DNA from: Lama guanicoe
Lineage: Eukaryota
Reading direction: 5' to 3'
DNA: 64,000 nucleotides
Assembly: GCA_013239625.1 (NCBI GenBank)
Contig: MU053629.1
Span: 2,135,567 to 2,199,566, forward strand
How positions within the stretch are numbered: position 1 is the stretch's first letter; the number at the start of each line of letters is the position of its first letter. Made by a program: the position numbers and the translations under genes. The notes beneath the pieces are model-generated. The model was not told the origin of the DNA, did not search any database, and worked only from the letters and a program-made list of their open reading frames with translations. Positions 25,731-38,940 of this stretch are shown here, one piece after another.

Positions 25731-27744
25731 TGTCTAGCACACACATTCAGCTCAAATGCAAAACTACAATTGACTATAATGTAGGGAAATTTTGGTATTT
25801 GAAGTAAACTATTAGGGTTTATTTCGGTGTTTTATTTTACAGATTCCTTTCTATAGCTTTGAAAGTTTAAAACTTTCCCTTTTTTCTTTTTTCCTTTCCT
25901 TTCCTTTCCACTCTTTCTTTTTTATCTTTTTTCTGTCACCATTTTCTTTTAGTCAGCAAATCTTTCATCTGGACCTTGACCCAAGAAGTTAAGGTTTTTC
26001 AGTTTTACCCTATTTCCACCCCCGAGTCTGAAATCAAGCTATTGTACTAAGTGACCTTTTTAGTATCTATGGTAATTCATGCATTTGCAGTTGAATTCCC
26101 CCCTTTACCTTTGACTGGAGTATGACGAAATGCTCAGGGGGATAGCTCCCAAGCTGGGGCCCTAACCTCATGAATTATTTAGCGTGGAACCTCAAAGAAA
26201 TTTTTCATTTTAGATCATGGAGGTGCTTGTTTTTCTGCCCTAATTGCAATGTCTGTTTTGGAAAGAAAATATGCCTCAGCTGAAAGATGGAATCAAAAAG
26301 TGATGCTTGTGATTTTCAAGTCCTGGAGCTAAAAAGTGAGGAGCCACAAGTTGATCTTCTTGGTTAGTCAGCCAGGGATGGGGTAGAGGAAAACCTCAAA
26401 GATTAAAGTAGCTAAGCGGCAACAACCAAGAGGAAAGGAAGATTGTCTGAGGTCCTGAGGTCTATAGCAAGAAGGAGACTGACTGACCACTGGTAGCCAA
26501 GTCAGGACCCTGTGGTTGAGCACTGGAGAAACTTTGTGGGAAATATTCCTAACACTGACATTTCTTTGTAATCTGCTGTGTACCAAGTACATTGGTCATT
26601 GTTAGCGGAAATTAAAAAATGATATGGACTCCTAGGGAATTTCAGAATCTGATAGGAAAGATGGGTATATAATGAATTCATTATATTAATAGCTGCTAAC
26701 ATTCCTCACCACTTCCAAGAATATAAACTCTGTGAGAACACAGGCCATGTCTGTTTTGTGTCTGGCACATAGTAGTTGCTCAACAAATATTAACTGAATA
26801 AATGAATTTATTTATTTAATCTTTCCCAGCTTACTGATATCTCATTTAGTACTATACCTTTCTCTCCTGTTCACCTACTTTGTGGTGTGAGCAAGATGGA
26901 TAATAGTCCATAAGAATAATAGTATAACGTAAGACAGAATAAACTGAGTTAGATAGAAGTTTAAACATGGGACTATAAAGAAGAAAAAGTTAATTCTGGC
27001 TTGGTAGGGTCACAGAAAGCCTCTCTAAGGACATAGTCTTTTTACCAGGCCTTTTAAGGAGAATAAGGTTTTGATAAACAGAGAATAGAGGAAAATAGGA
27101 GCTTATGTAGCCATAGACTCATACCATGTGGGTGGTTATATCTCTGTCCTGGATCTAGAGTAACCACATACTTTAATTTCATTTATTATTCTTCTTGTAT
27201 CACTAGTGTTTTGTTTTATTTTTATCAATAAAGGATCATTTGGCTTTCTACAATCCATCAGATGCTGTTCCATCTAGATAGAGTTTATATATTCATTGTT
27301 CATATTCCTCTCTTACCACTGAATCCCTTATTTCCTTTTCTTAGAAGTGAAATACTCTTTTGTACTCATGTCGATTCTAACATAGAAAACTCAGGGACCT
27401 CCCACAGGGTTATCTCTTACATTTTCTGTGCATTCATATACATGAGCACATGATTGGAAAAGGGGGAGTAAAGAACGGAGATGGAAAAGATTTTAAAGTA
27501 TGCTACTTGGCAAAAAGGAATAAATATGATTATGAAGGAAATATTGGCAAGACTTCTTAACTGACTGGATTAGGGGAGCAAGGAATAGAAACAGGTCAAA
27601 GATGATTGAAATCCATAGAATGTGCATTTTAATTTAAGTTTTAAACTTCCTCTGTACGTTTTTCATGAACTTTGAACGGCTTTTTATGAACCTGGAAACT
27701 TTAACCTAGGAAAACAGCATCTTTAGATTTCAATCATAGTCTCA

Positions 27745-28190
27745 GTGTCATGAATTTCTCTGCTTAAAAATCTTCTAGTGACTCACCAAATTAGGATAAA
27801 ATCCAAATTCTTTTGCGAAGGCTAGAAAGTCCCATATATCTGACTGTGACTGCCTATTTAAGTGCGCTTAAACACTGTTGCACATTTGTGTACCAGCCAC
27901 ACAAGCTTTGTATCTGATCTTTCCTCAGAGTTCGTGCACTTGCTTGTCTCTCATTCTGGTTGCGCCTCCTAATACCTGGTTTACTCACCACTCAACCATC
28001 AGTTTTTCCAGAACCAATTCCTTCTCCATTTATTCATAATATAACTCATTATCTTCTTTAATTTTTGTAGTAGCACTTACCATTTTCTAAAACTGTTCTA
28101 CTTACTTCCTTGTCAGTCTTTCTCTTCTAAAGAAATCTTTTTTGGGGTTGGTACTTGTCTGTTCTTCACTGAGTGCTGGAGTCCCATTGC
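27745..28190 (+). mobile_element. L2 fragment
   Basis: ctctgcttaaaaatcttctagtgactc...ttaggataaaatccaaattc. Confidence 0.6.
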
Positions 28191-28919
28191 CTAACCTTCT
28201 TATTGTATCAGTCTTAACACAGCAAGCTAAAATAGAGTAGATCTTAACTTCAAAAAAAAAAAACCTACTTACTGAGATTTGATTACTTCAGACTCAAGAG
28301 TTCTGTTTTCTACCTCTCTTTTTATAATGAAAAATGAATTCGCTCATAGTACTTTTCATTACTGATTATTTCAGAACTGATCTCCAGAGAAAAACTTGTC
28401 CCTACCGAGGTCTTACGGCCAAAAACCAATCCTAGGCAACAGATCAAGTATTGACATTATGTTTCCTCTCCTCTAAGGACTTGGAACTAAACGTTGTTGT
28501 GTTTGGGTCATTGTGAGGATGAAGGTCACTCACTTAGTTTTTTTCAGAGTTACTTAATGCGTGCCATTTTGTTAAGTTACCTTAAGAACTGGAGTTTGTG
28601 CTCAAATTTAAGTGAGATAAAAGGTCTACTACTGCTGCCTATGAAAATTTTGATATTGTGTTTAATAATGTATCACCTGACATTTGAATTATCCTTTTGA
28701 GTTTTATAAATCTCCCAACTTCTTATAAACTCCTGAGAAAAAATCCCAGATGCTGGTATAAACCCTAATAATTTCACATCAGTCTTTTCATTCTCCAAGG
28801 TCCACTTTTCGTTTTTTTAAGTACAATCCTGTTTATCAGTTTGGCATAGTACCAAGGATATTGATGAATGTTGGTTGCCAGATAAATGTAAAAAAATCTC
28901 TTCACTGAAAGTTAGTGTA

Positions 28920-29165
28920 ATTAGTTAATAATAGCAATCATCTATTTTGAGTGCCTTCAAAGTAGACTGTGCTAGGCAATAATTTATCTTGATAGTCTCA
29001 CAACTTTGACAAGTAGGTGGTAACGATTCTCATTTTACATTTGAAGAAACTTTGGCTTAGAAACATTTACTTCCCCAAGATCACACAACTAGAAAGGAGC
29101 AGAAGTTGGTTTATCACCTACGTCTGTGTGTAACGTCAAAGCTGGTCATCTTACCACAATGCTTG
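28920..29165 (-). mobile_element. MIR SINE
   Basis: aataatagcaatcatctattttgagtgcc...ctcattttacatttgaagaaac...ccaagatcacacaactag. Confidence 0.8.
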
Positions 29166-31514
29166 GCTGCCTATACTGTTTAATTTGATGGAGGCACTAA
29201 TATGACACCCACACTGGGCTCATATGTTACTAATAATCCCTCTGTATCACAGCCACACTCATTCTTGGAGTTTCTAGCTGAGATAACTCTATGGAATTCT
29301 ATTATATTTCTCAAATTTAACTAATGGTGCTAGACAAATAGGAAGTAGTATTCGTTTATTTGTGGTAATCTCATGATTATTATAATTAAACAGTAACGTG
29401 AGTTTATGGTTCAGAAGCAGAAGCCAGCAAAAACTTAACCTTAATATTAGCAGCTTCATGTGTGAGAGACAGAAAGAGAGCATGCGAGAGCCTGAAAGGA
29501 GAGAGAGAGTCGTTACTATGCTGAGTAAGAGATCTAAAGTCTAATTATCTAACAGGGTCGTGGGGTGGGGAAAATGACCTATATTTATAAAAAGGATTAA
29601 GAAGATAACTAACTATATACTAAACAATATATGGCCAGATGAGTGATAGTCACAATAACTGCCCCAGTGGTTCAGAGAAAAGTGAGCCATTGTGGTCAGG
29701 GAAGCTGCTTGTTACAAAATCTGCTATGGTGCAGTATAATCCTATAAGAGGAACTGTAAGCATACTGGGCATTGTGGCTTCTCTGGTCTTATTTAAGTTA
29801 GTGTCGTCATAAGGGAGAGGTTAACATTTAGAGGCTGAGAGCAAACAGTGAAGGTTTATTTTTACTTTTTACAGCACTTGAAATAAAATGCATTTTGTTT
29901 TGTTCTCAGGCATAATGATATACATCCCTTAGTTAGAATTGATTCTCCATGGTATTTTGTCATACCAGACATATGTTTTGTTGTAGAGCAAGTGTAGAGA
30001 AGAATACACGTTTCAGTGTGGCTTCATGCTGTATGACTTAAGTTTAATTAAACTGGTTGTATATAAGAACATGGCAAACTCAACCATTTCCCTTCAACCC
30101 ACTTAAATTACAGTGAATGACAGTATTATCACTGATCCATTACTGTGCATATTGCTCCCTCAATATATCCTTTTATCCACTAGTAATTCCTTAATTTTGT
30201 AAGTCCGTGTCTCTTTGCTAGGATAAAGTAAGTCCTTCATTGACAATTTATAAAATTGCTCATATTTACCCTTAATGTCTACTTAGGCTACTAAGGTTGC
30301 CCACTAAGTTACATAAACATTTTAGTAAATGAATTTAATGTCTTGAATTTTAGAAGCGCTGAATGCAGGAAGGAAAACTGGCAAAAGTAATTTTGGCGGT
30401 TTTGAAGTCATCACTATGGTGGTTTTGATCATCTCTTAAGAGAACCAAGATACTAGAATAAGCATCCTTAATATTGAGCTAAGTTTCTTTTTTGTGTCCC
30501 TTAAAATTCACCATAACTTTTTTTTAAAGGAAGGATGTCAGTAAGTATCCATTTAATACTGACCTATATTCATTAAGGTACCTTTCTATTGTTGTGTTTT
30601 AAATGAGTCTCCTGGAGGTAGCCATGGAGAAAAGAAGTAAGCATGACAAGTCAGTGGCTAACATTTGAATTGTCTAAAAAGTGGACTTGATTTTATAGGA
30701 ATTTCAAACAAGACTCTGTAGGTGGATACTTTATGTATGTATGTAATAGATGTCAAAATAGGTGGCCATGATAAGATTTGAAGAGACTGCTATGAGCCAG
30801 AAATTCTAGCCATTTCTTAAAAGGCCAGTTAGTGAGTGAAACATATTTAATCAGAATTATTTAGTTGACTCACAGTTTAGAATTAAATGAACAGATACAG
30901 AGGAGACAGGGAAAGGTTTAGAATTGGAGCATCCCAGGCTGCCAGTGGATGGGAGTGGTAGAGAGTATTGCCTACTTCCTTGTTTTACCTTGGGTGACCG
31001 TAGTCACAGTTGACTAATTCTGAGCTGCTTTTGAGAGCTAGTAGAGAGAGATTGTATTACAGCCTTGCAGTATGTGAGTCACATCTGCTAGAGGCCACCA
31101 TACTCTTCCAGGTCATGGGTGGTATCACTTAGTGTCATTCAGAGGTGAGGACTATTTCATGGCAGGCAGCCTGAAGCTGCTGATAGCACAGAGACCTTTA
31201 GTGGTAAACTTGGAGAAATCTGATGCCCAGAAAGAGTAAACATCGTAAACTCTGTGGAGTGTGTAAGTTTCACCTATGACATAGTTAGAAGGAAATAAGA
31301 GGCTAAAAAAGGATCTGGTGCAATAGAATTGAGAGAAAATATTTATAAACAGACTAAATATTTTAAAAGTAGATTTTTATTTTATACTTTGAATAGAGAT
31401 ATGGCAAACTAGCACCTCCTTATAAGAGCCTAGCATTCCAACTAAAAAATTACCAAGACAGCTTTTCAAATATAGTGGACTAACTATATCGTGGCAAGAG
31501 ATTTTCCCTCCCTA

Positions 31515-31800
31515 GCCTTTTCTTATGAACAATTTTAAATATACAGAAAAGTTAAGAGGAGTAAATGATCACCCATCACCTAGATTTAATAATTGCCAAA
31601 GTTTTGCCACAATTTGCTTTGTCCATATATGTATGTTTCATTTGTTTTGTTGAACAGTTTATAAGTTTGAGGCTTTATGATGTTTCTCTCCTAAATACTT
31701 TAACATTCATCTTCAAAAAATGAAGGCATTTGCTTATATAACCAAAATACCATAACTGTATAATACAATAACTCCTTAATATCATCTGTTATCCTTGTGT
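31515..31800 (-). mobile_element. Old L1MC/ME-type 3' end
   Basis: aattttaaatatacagaaaagtt...acccatcacctagattt...cctaaatacttta. Confidence 0.6.
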
Positions 31801-31969
31801 ACAAGATATTTTATATAACCCTTTATTTAAGAATGTTTCTCCTTACTGAAATAACTCTGCTTCCCCCAGGGCCTTATTTTTCCTTATCACTTCACCATGG
31901 ACCTGATGACCAGCAGCAGCTGATGAAACTGTTTGCCTATTCATATGGTTTTAAATTTGAAAATATCTA

Positions 31970-32150
31970 CAACCGTAGTTCTCAGCTTGGGATGCATATT
32001 AGAATAACTTGGGGAGCTTTTAAAAATGTGACTCACTGTTCATCCCAGACCACATACATCATAATTTCTGGGGGTAGGAGACTCAGGTATGAATATTTGT
32101 TAGTTTCCCAGATGATTTCCAGTGGATGGCCAAGATGGGGAATCACAACT
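31970..32150. mobile_element. MER5-like hAT MITE
   Basis: tagttctcagcttgggatgcatattagaataacttggggagctttttaaaa...cccagatgattt. Confidence 0.7.
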
Positions 32151-32529
32151 ATAGATTCTGCTCATCTTCACTGAGACTGTTGAGAAGTATTTGGATGGAC
32201 AGTTGACACTTTTCTGACCGGTACAGAAATGAAGAGTGATATGTGAAGGTGTTTAGGCCTTTTCTTTTTCTTTTAATAAACATTCGCTAAACATCTACAG
32301 CGTTTAAAGCACTGAGCTAGGTTCCATTCATAATGATGAATAAGATATATTAACTGTGGTGTCCTGGAAAGATCGTGGACTTGGGGAGGACATACTTATA
32401 TGGGGTTCAAGTCTAGTTTTGCTGGGAAACAAGTTGTGTAACTTTAGCTAAGTCCTGAATCTCAATGAGGCTTCAGTATGACCTAGCTAGCGTTTCTTTC
32501 ATAGGTTATCTCTACCACTTCTGCTACCT

Positions 32530-32980
32530 CTCTCTATGCTCCAGCAACACTGGCCTTCCTTCTGTTCCTCAAACATATGAAGCTCATTCCTACTCTAGGG
32601 CCTTTTTACTGGCTTTCTTCCCTGACTAGTACTGCCCCTCCCCCCCACCCCCAGCCTGCAGCCTGGAACAGTCTGGCCCTTACTAGTTGTCTAGGTGTCA
32701 GTTTAAATGAAATCTCCTCAGTGAGGCTTCTCCTGACCACCTGATCTAAAGTAACCTCCCAGATAGTCCATATCACATCATCATGTTTAATTTTCATTTT
32801 GGCATTTACCCTTCTAGAAATTTTATTTTGTTTGTTATGGACTCCCTCCCTTTTCTACAATGTAAGAGCACTAGGAGAGCCAGGACCTCATTTGTTTGGT
32901 TTCCTGTATTCCCAGTAACTATGGGGAAATGTTTGAAATATCAAGGGTACCTAATGAACATTTGTGGAATAAATGAATAA
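32530..32980 (+). mobile_element. L2 3' end
   Basis: ctccagcaacactggccttccttctgttcctcaaacat...catttgtggaataaatgaat. Confidence 0.85.
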
Positions 32981-33509
32981 GTAAAGTGGTTACAGTAATC
33001 CTACCTTAAGTTTGAGATAACTTCTAAAAAGCTCCTGGGGACATCTCCTGTCAGTCCTCACATGGCCTTTCCCGAAGGAGCATCTTTTCTAATGCTGAAA
33101 GTTTAGCAATTCTAAGCAGGTGGGGAGTTTCTGCTGAATGTGTAACGGAGTATGTTGGTTCTGCCATTTCAGTAGCCCCTTCCCCAGACTGGGGTTATAG
33201 TTCTCTCACAGTGAATCTCCTTATGAAAAGGCGTCAACAGGCATTGTGCTATCTTGATACTTCTCCCTCTGAACAGGAACTTGCTGTTTAACCTTTGGGT
33301 AATGCTAGAGAAATAGAATGTATTAAGCCAGTCTTTCTTTGTATATCACTAAGAGTCAAGGAGGCAGCATTAGTCGGCTAGTTAACTTTCTGTGTTGTCT
33401 TTTCCAATCTAAAAAGCAAATGTGTTACACACACAGATAATGTTCTTGACTTTTTTTTTCTAGAGTATTTTTTTAAGCTTTAATTTATTGGTCTTGTTAA
33501 CTGAATGAT

Positions 33510-33675
33510 TAGAACACATCTCACAACATATCTATGAGGTAGGAACTATTTCGTATTCTTATTTTATTCATGAGTCTTACAAAGTTAAAAGGAATTTGCT
33601 CTAGTTGGCAATTTATAGAATCAAGATTAAAATCCAGGTAGTTTGACTTTATATTCCACGGTTTTAACCATACTA
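33510..33675 (-). mobile_element. MIR fragment
   Basis: tctcacaacatatctatgaggtagg...aagattaaaatccaggtagtttgac...ttaaccatactac. Confidence 0.6.
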
Positions 33676-34390
33676 CTTCCTATTATATCCTTTTCTTGCC
33701 CAGTCTTTATCATTTAAATATTTCTGTAAAAGACATTTGAGATGGCTCAGGGTAAATTTATGTAAGAAAGCAACAGATACCAAGATAGCAGTTCCCGGTG
33801 GCCTTGCTCAGAAATCATGTTCCATTCAATCAATATTCTTGAAAAATAGTAGCATCTACATTTTTTAATGTGTGTTAGTGGGTGAGTCTAAAAATAGAAC
33901 TGAGTTTTTGGACTTCCACTTTCTTTAAGCCTTCTGATTATTTTTTGGTATCTGTGGTGTTTAATGGAATCTAGGCTGTGTTTAGCAAGGGATCCAAAAG
34001 GAACATTTATATTTTGAGATACTAATATTATTAAAATGATTTAACTCCTGTTATTTTTATGTTACATTTTGTGGGATTAAAATTAGCCCAGATTTGTTTA
34101 AATCATCAACTTTTGTTGCTAAGTTTAGTTTAACATGAGGGAAACCAGTCTTGTGTGACACTCTGTAAAGATGGCTGCTTTCCATATATCATCTTGCAAC
34201 TTGTGTGTGTTTGCATAGGTACTCAATTCAATTTTTTAAAAATATAACTGTATGTAAGAGAATATCGGTATTTATGGTTTTGAGTAGGACAGTCCAACTA
34301 AAAGATGAAGAAGAGTGAAACTTAAGAATATATGATCCTTGTGCTAACATCTAGTTCCCCTTCAATATCAGTGAATTTCCTGGTCTTGCA

Positions 34391-35613
34391 TGTTAACGTT
34401 ATTTTTTTTTTTTACATTTTTTATTGATTCATAATCATTTTACAGTGTTGTGTCAAATTCCAGTGTTCAGCACAATTTTTCAGTCATTCATGGACATATA
34501 CACACTCATTGTCACATTTTTTTCTCTGTGATTTATCATAACATTTTGTGTATATTTCCCTGTGCTATACAGTGTAATCTTGTTTATCTATTCTACAATT
34601 TTGAAATCCCAGTCTATCCCTTCCCACCCTCTACCCCCCCCCCAGTAACCACAAGTCTGTATTCTCTGTCCATGAGTCTATTTCTGTCCTGTATTTATGC
34701 TTTGTTTTTGTTTGTTTGTTTGTTTTTGTTTTTTAGATTCCACATATGAGCGATCTCATATGGTATTTTTCTTTCTCTTTCTGGCTTACTTCACTTAGAA
34801 TGACATTCTCTAGGAGCATCCATGTTGCTGCAAATGGCATTATGTTGTCGGTTTTTATGGCTGAGTAGTATTCCATTGTATAAATATACCACATCTTCTT
34901 TATCCAGTCACCTGTTGATGGACATTTAGGCTGTTTCCATGTTTTGGCTATTGTAAATAGTGCTGCTATGAACATTGGGGTGCAGGTGTCATCCTGAAGT
35001 AGATTTCCTTCTGGGTACAAGCCCAGGAGTGGGATTCCTGGGTCATATGGTAAGTCTATTCCTAGTCTTTTGAGGAATCTCCACACTGTTTTCCATAGTG
35101 GCTGCACCAAACTGCATTCCCACCAGCAGTGTAGGAGGGTTCCCCTTTCTCCACAGCCTCTCCAGCATTTGTCATTTTTGGATTTTTGAATGACGGCCAT
35201 TCTGACTGGTGTGAGGTGATACCTCATTGTAGTTTTGATTTGCATTTCTCTGATAATTAGTGATATTGAACATTTTTTCATGTGCTTTTTGATCATTTGT
35301 ATGTCTTCCTTGGAGAATTGCTTGTTTAGGTCTTCTGCCCATTTTTGGATTGGGTTGTTTATTTTTTTCTTATTGAGTCGTATGAGCTGCTTATATATTT
35401 TGGAGATCAAGCCTTTGTCGGTTTCACTTGCAAAAATTTTCTCCCATTCCGTAGGTTTTCTTCTTGTTTTATTTCTGGTTTCCTTTGCTCTGCAGAAGCT
35501 TGTAAGTTTCATTAGGTCCCATTTGTTTATTCTTGCTTTTATTTCTTCTAGGAGAAAATTTTTGAAATGTATGTCAGATAATGTTTTGCCTATGTTTGTT
35601 AACGTTATTTTTT
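34391..35613 (-). mobile_element. Young 5'-truncated camelid L1 with 17-bp TSD
   Basis: TSD tgttaacgttatttttt at 34391-34407 and 35597-35613; poly(A) tail; uninterrupted ORF2 segment. Confidence 0.97.
34733..35596 (-). pseudogene. L1 ORF2 C-terminal fragment (287 codons plus stop, no start of its own)
   Basis: Reads NIGKTLSDI...INKWDLMKL...[18 protein letters not shown] (intact CCHC)...HMRSLICGI*; open from the truncation point to the canonical stop. Confidence 0.95.
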
Positions 35614-35713
35614 ACTTCATTTCCACAAACGTTTATTAGAGCCTATCACTGTCGTGAGTGCTACATGTCTCACTATACTTCAGAAGCTCAAATTTAATTG
35701 TAGTGTTCTATGT

Positions 35714-36300
35714 CAGATGTTCCTAAACTTTCCTGGTTGTCAATGTTCTTAATGTCTTGATTTTTTTTCATAGCACACATCTAGGTCAAAAGACATATGT
35801 ATTGGCCCTATATATCAAGTATTAAGTCTAAAAATTTAATAAGTATTTACATTCTAACAACATAGTCATTTGTAAAAATAATACCCATAAACTTTAAAAA
35901 TAAATTTTTTTTCATTCTTAAATAAGCACAATTACTTAACCTAATGAGATGTGTACACCTGTTGGGATGTGCACACTTCTGAACTCTTGGAGTCAGATTA
36001 GATGGACGTCACCACCCTCGTTTCCCATCCTCTACTGATTTTCATGTACTTGCTATTTATCACAGTGGTTAAAAATCCATTTTTGTAGAGATAAGACGTC
36101 AGCAAAGTGAGTATCAAGTGATCTTGTGTTGAAACTATGAACTGCCTCATTTGTGTGGTGAATTTGGTGTAGGTTGTGTGGTGTCCCACAGATATTGAGC
36201 CATTACTGTGGTTCCCTCAAAATTTTTAAATATTCAGCAGTACCTTTCTGAGTTTTTTGTGCTGCCCCAGGACACCACAACACATAATAGGTAAACACAG
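35714..36300. mobile_element. MER119-like hAT-Charlie element
   Basis: Matches the recalled consensus; minus-strand ORF 35998-36189 contains TSYLYKNGFL..VINSKY, resembling the hAT C-terminal dimerisation motif (TSYLCE.GFS...KSKY). Confidence 0.8.
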
Positions 36301-36593
36301 CCTTACACACACACAAAAAAAAAAAGCTCCTCCATAACTAATTTTATCTTGAAATGCTCCCCTGCTGAAACTTTCTACTTCAGTTCCCCCAGAATTAAAA
36401 AAATTTTAAATATTTGCCTGTATACCCCATTTCTACCTCTTGTATATGCCATTCTTACTATCTCACACTCACCCTTCTTCCTCAATCTCCTTTCCCCTTC
36501 TTTTCTTCCAAACCTTATTTCTTCCATCCTGAACTCTAAGACCTATGTCTTTAGACTCTCGTTACCATTCCATCACCATTTTTCATATTCTAC

Positions 36594-37209
36594 TGTGGTA
36601 GGCTGAAAAAAAGTGTCCCTGAGACAGCCACACCCTAATCCCTGGAACCTGTGAGTGTTACCTTATATGGAAAAAGTGCCTTTGCAGATGTGATTAAGGA
36701 TCTTGAGTCAGGAAGGTGATCCTTGATTTTAGGTGGTCTCTAAGTGCAATCACATGTATCCTCACAAGAGAGAGACAGAGGGAGATTTGAATACACACAG
36801 AGAAGGTGATATGAAGATCGAGCAGAGATTTGAAAACGCTAGCCTTGAAGATTAGAGAAATGCAGCAACAAGCCAAGGAATGCTGACAGCCACCAGAAGC
36901 TGGAAGAGTCAAGGAACAGATTCTCTCCTAGAGCTTCCTGAGGGAGCTTAGCCATGCTGACACTTTTTTTTTTAACTTTTTTTTATTGATTTATAATCAT
37001 TTTACAATGTTTTGTCAAATTCCAGTGTAAAGTGCAATTTTTCAGTTATACATGAACATATATGTATTAATTGTCACCATGCTGACACTTGATTTCAGCC
37101 CACTGAACCTGATTTTGGACTCTGGCCTTCATAACTGTGAGAATAAATTTGTTGTTTTAGGCCACTAAGTTTGTGGTAATTTGTAACAGCAGCCACAAGA
37201 AACTATGCA
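36594..37209 (+). mobile_element. MaLR solo LTR (MLT1C/D-like) interrupted by a young L1 tail
   Basis: tgtggtaggc...ctaatccctggaacctgtga...aataaatttgttgttttaggccactaagtttgtggtaatttgtaacagcagcc; TG...CA ends. Confidence 0.9.
36952..37090 (-). mobile_element. About 110-bp young L1 tail with perfect 14-bp TSD
   Basis: ccatgctgacactt at 36952-36965 and 37077-37090; the insert matches the tail of the 34391 L1. Confidence 0.93.
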
Positions 37210-38204
37210 TCCGTCTTCTATATTAATTAGCACTCTTGCATATAGTATGTCTAGTGTATTTATTCTTTATATAGCCCAAACCTAAGAAGTTCATTTCCAT
37301 GCTGACAAAAGTTCACTTTGATCAGATTGACTTGCCTTAAAAAATGAACTTACATCTAATTGGTTAGTTACTTCATTTATTTACATATTAATTCAGTGAA
37401 TTTTTGAGAACTTGCTATATGCCAAGCACTGTGCCAGGTATCATTTTCATGACTAAATATTTCCTGAAAAAGACATCCACTCATAGGTGAATTACTGTAC
37501 TCATTTATTATAAATCATAATTAAGCCTTAGTGATTAATAATCCAAGCTGCTCCTTTTCCTCTCTTTTCTCTTGTTTTTCAAACTGATAGAAAGTGGATC
37601 CTACTGGAGCTTGTTTAGAAGGGAAAATAAGTTGTTAATCCTGAAAGGATGTAATGTTCTTTTCTGTATTTGGCTTCAAATCCTATATTGTTAAGGCTGA
37701 AAGTCACCTTAGGAATAATTAGCCTAACCCTTTCTTTTTCCATGTACAGGAGCTGAGTTATAAAGAGAAAAAGTGCCTTGCTTGAAGTCATAAAAATAAT
37801 GGCAGATCTAGAATTCTATCCCAGTTTATCCTTCTTCCCACTACAGACAGAACTAGTTTACTTTAACACTGCCTTAGAATTTTTATTTAACTCTGGGAGT
37901 TTTGTGCTGATGGGTGTTTTCCCCAAAATGGGGCAATTATTTCATTACAGCTTTTAAATTTCACACCTATACACTCAAATACTTCACTCCTCTGGATTCA
38001 ACTCTGTTGCCTTCTAAGCTTTAATCTAATGTTAAAAGCCTAAAAGTTCCCAAAATTGAAAGTTTTGTTTTAGACTGTATTTCTTTCTTTCTTGATTTCA
38101 TTCCTATTAGAGTTACACTATTAGAATAGATTGAGGAGAGACCTCGTCTGTGATGAACAAATTCAGTTCCCTTATTCTCCAGGTGGTCACTTTGATCTGG
38201 TGGT

Positions 38205-38390
38205 TCTATGGAGTAATGGGAAGGGTGTTGGGCTGGGAGATGAGAGATTTAGATTCTGGTTCCACGTCCATAATGAACTAACTATATGAGTAACAAGGCA
38301 AGTTGGCAAATAACTTCCTTTCTCTGAACCTCATTTTATTCATGTGTAAAAAGAAAGACTAATCTGGATAATCTCTAGCATTACTACTTG
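38205..38390 (+). mobile_element. MIR-family SINE
   Basis: tggagtaatgggaagggtgttgggctggga...tctctgaacctcattttattcatgtgtaaaa. Confidence 0.7.
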
Positions 38391-38659
38391 CCCTCTAGAG
38401 ACTTACAAAGTATATGATACATAAGAACAGTCTCATGTCTTTTCCTTTTTTTAAAGTCCATGCCGTTGCCAGGAATGAGAGATCATTTGCACAGAATGAG
38501 TGCTGAAGTTGATGTATATAAATTCCTTCTATAGACTATTAATCCTAACAGGAAAATAAGGAACTTTTGGGCATAGATCCTTTAGTGGAGCAGAAAGTCA
38601 AGCAGAGTGTCTAGATACTTCAGTAGAATAACTCATAATGCCACTGATGATGGTGATAA

Positions 38660-38940
38660 TGAGAATCACAGGCAGCATTTCTTGACTGTGAGCTAAATGG
38701 AGTGCTGAGCACTTTAAATGTGTTAGTTGAATGGATTAAATGAGTTAATAAATGTAGAACACATAGACTAATGCCTGGTACATGGTAAGAGATGTATAAA
38801 TAATCATTGTTATTATCATTTTTATTGGTGCATTATTGTGGTGGTGGTGGTGGTTGTAATTAATCTTCACAGCGGCCCTATAAGGTAAGTATTATTTTTA
38901 CCCATTTTGCAGGTGAGGAAGCTAAATGCCAGAAGTTAAA
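38660..38940. mobile_element. MIR (minus) containing an oppositely oriented MIR tail and (GGT)n
   Basis: ggattaaatgagttaata...tgcctggtacatggtaag (plus) lies inside gagcacttta.../taatcttcacagc...cccattttgcaggtgaggaagct (minus). Confidence 0.7.

Noticed and set aside
34733..35512. 259-aa ORF as a host gene
   Set aside because: It is L1 ORF2 inside a truncated, TSD-flanked insertion with no promoter; the ATG is internal.
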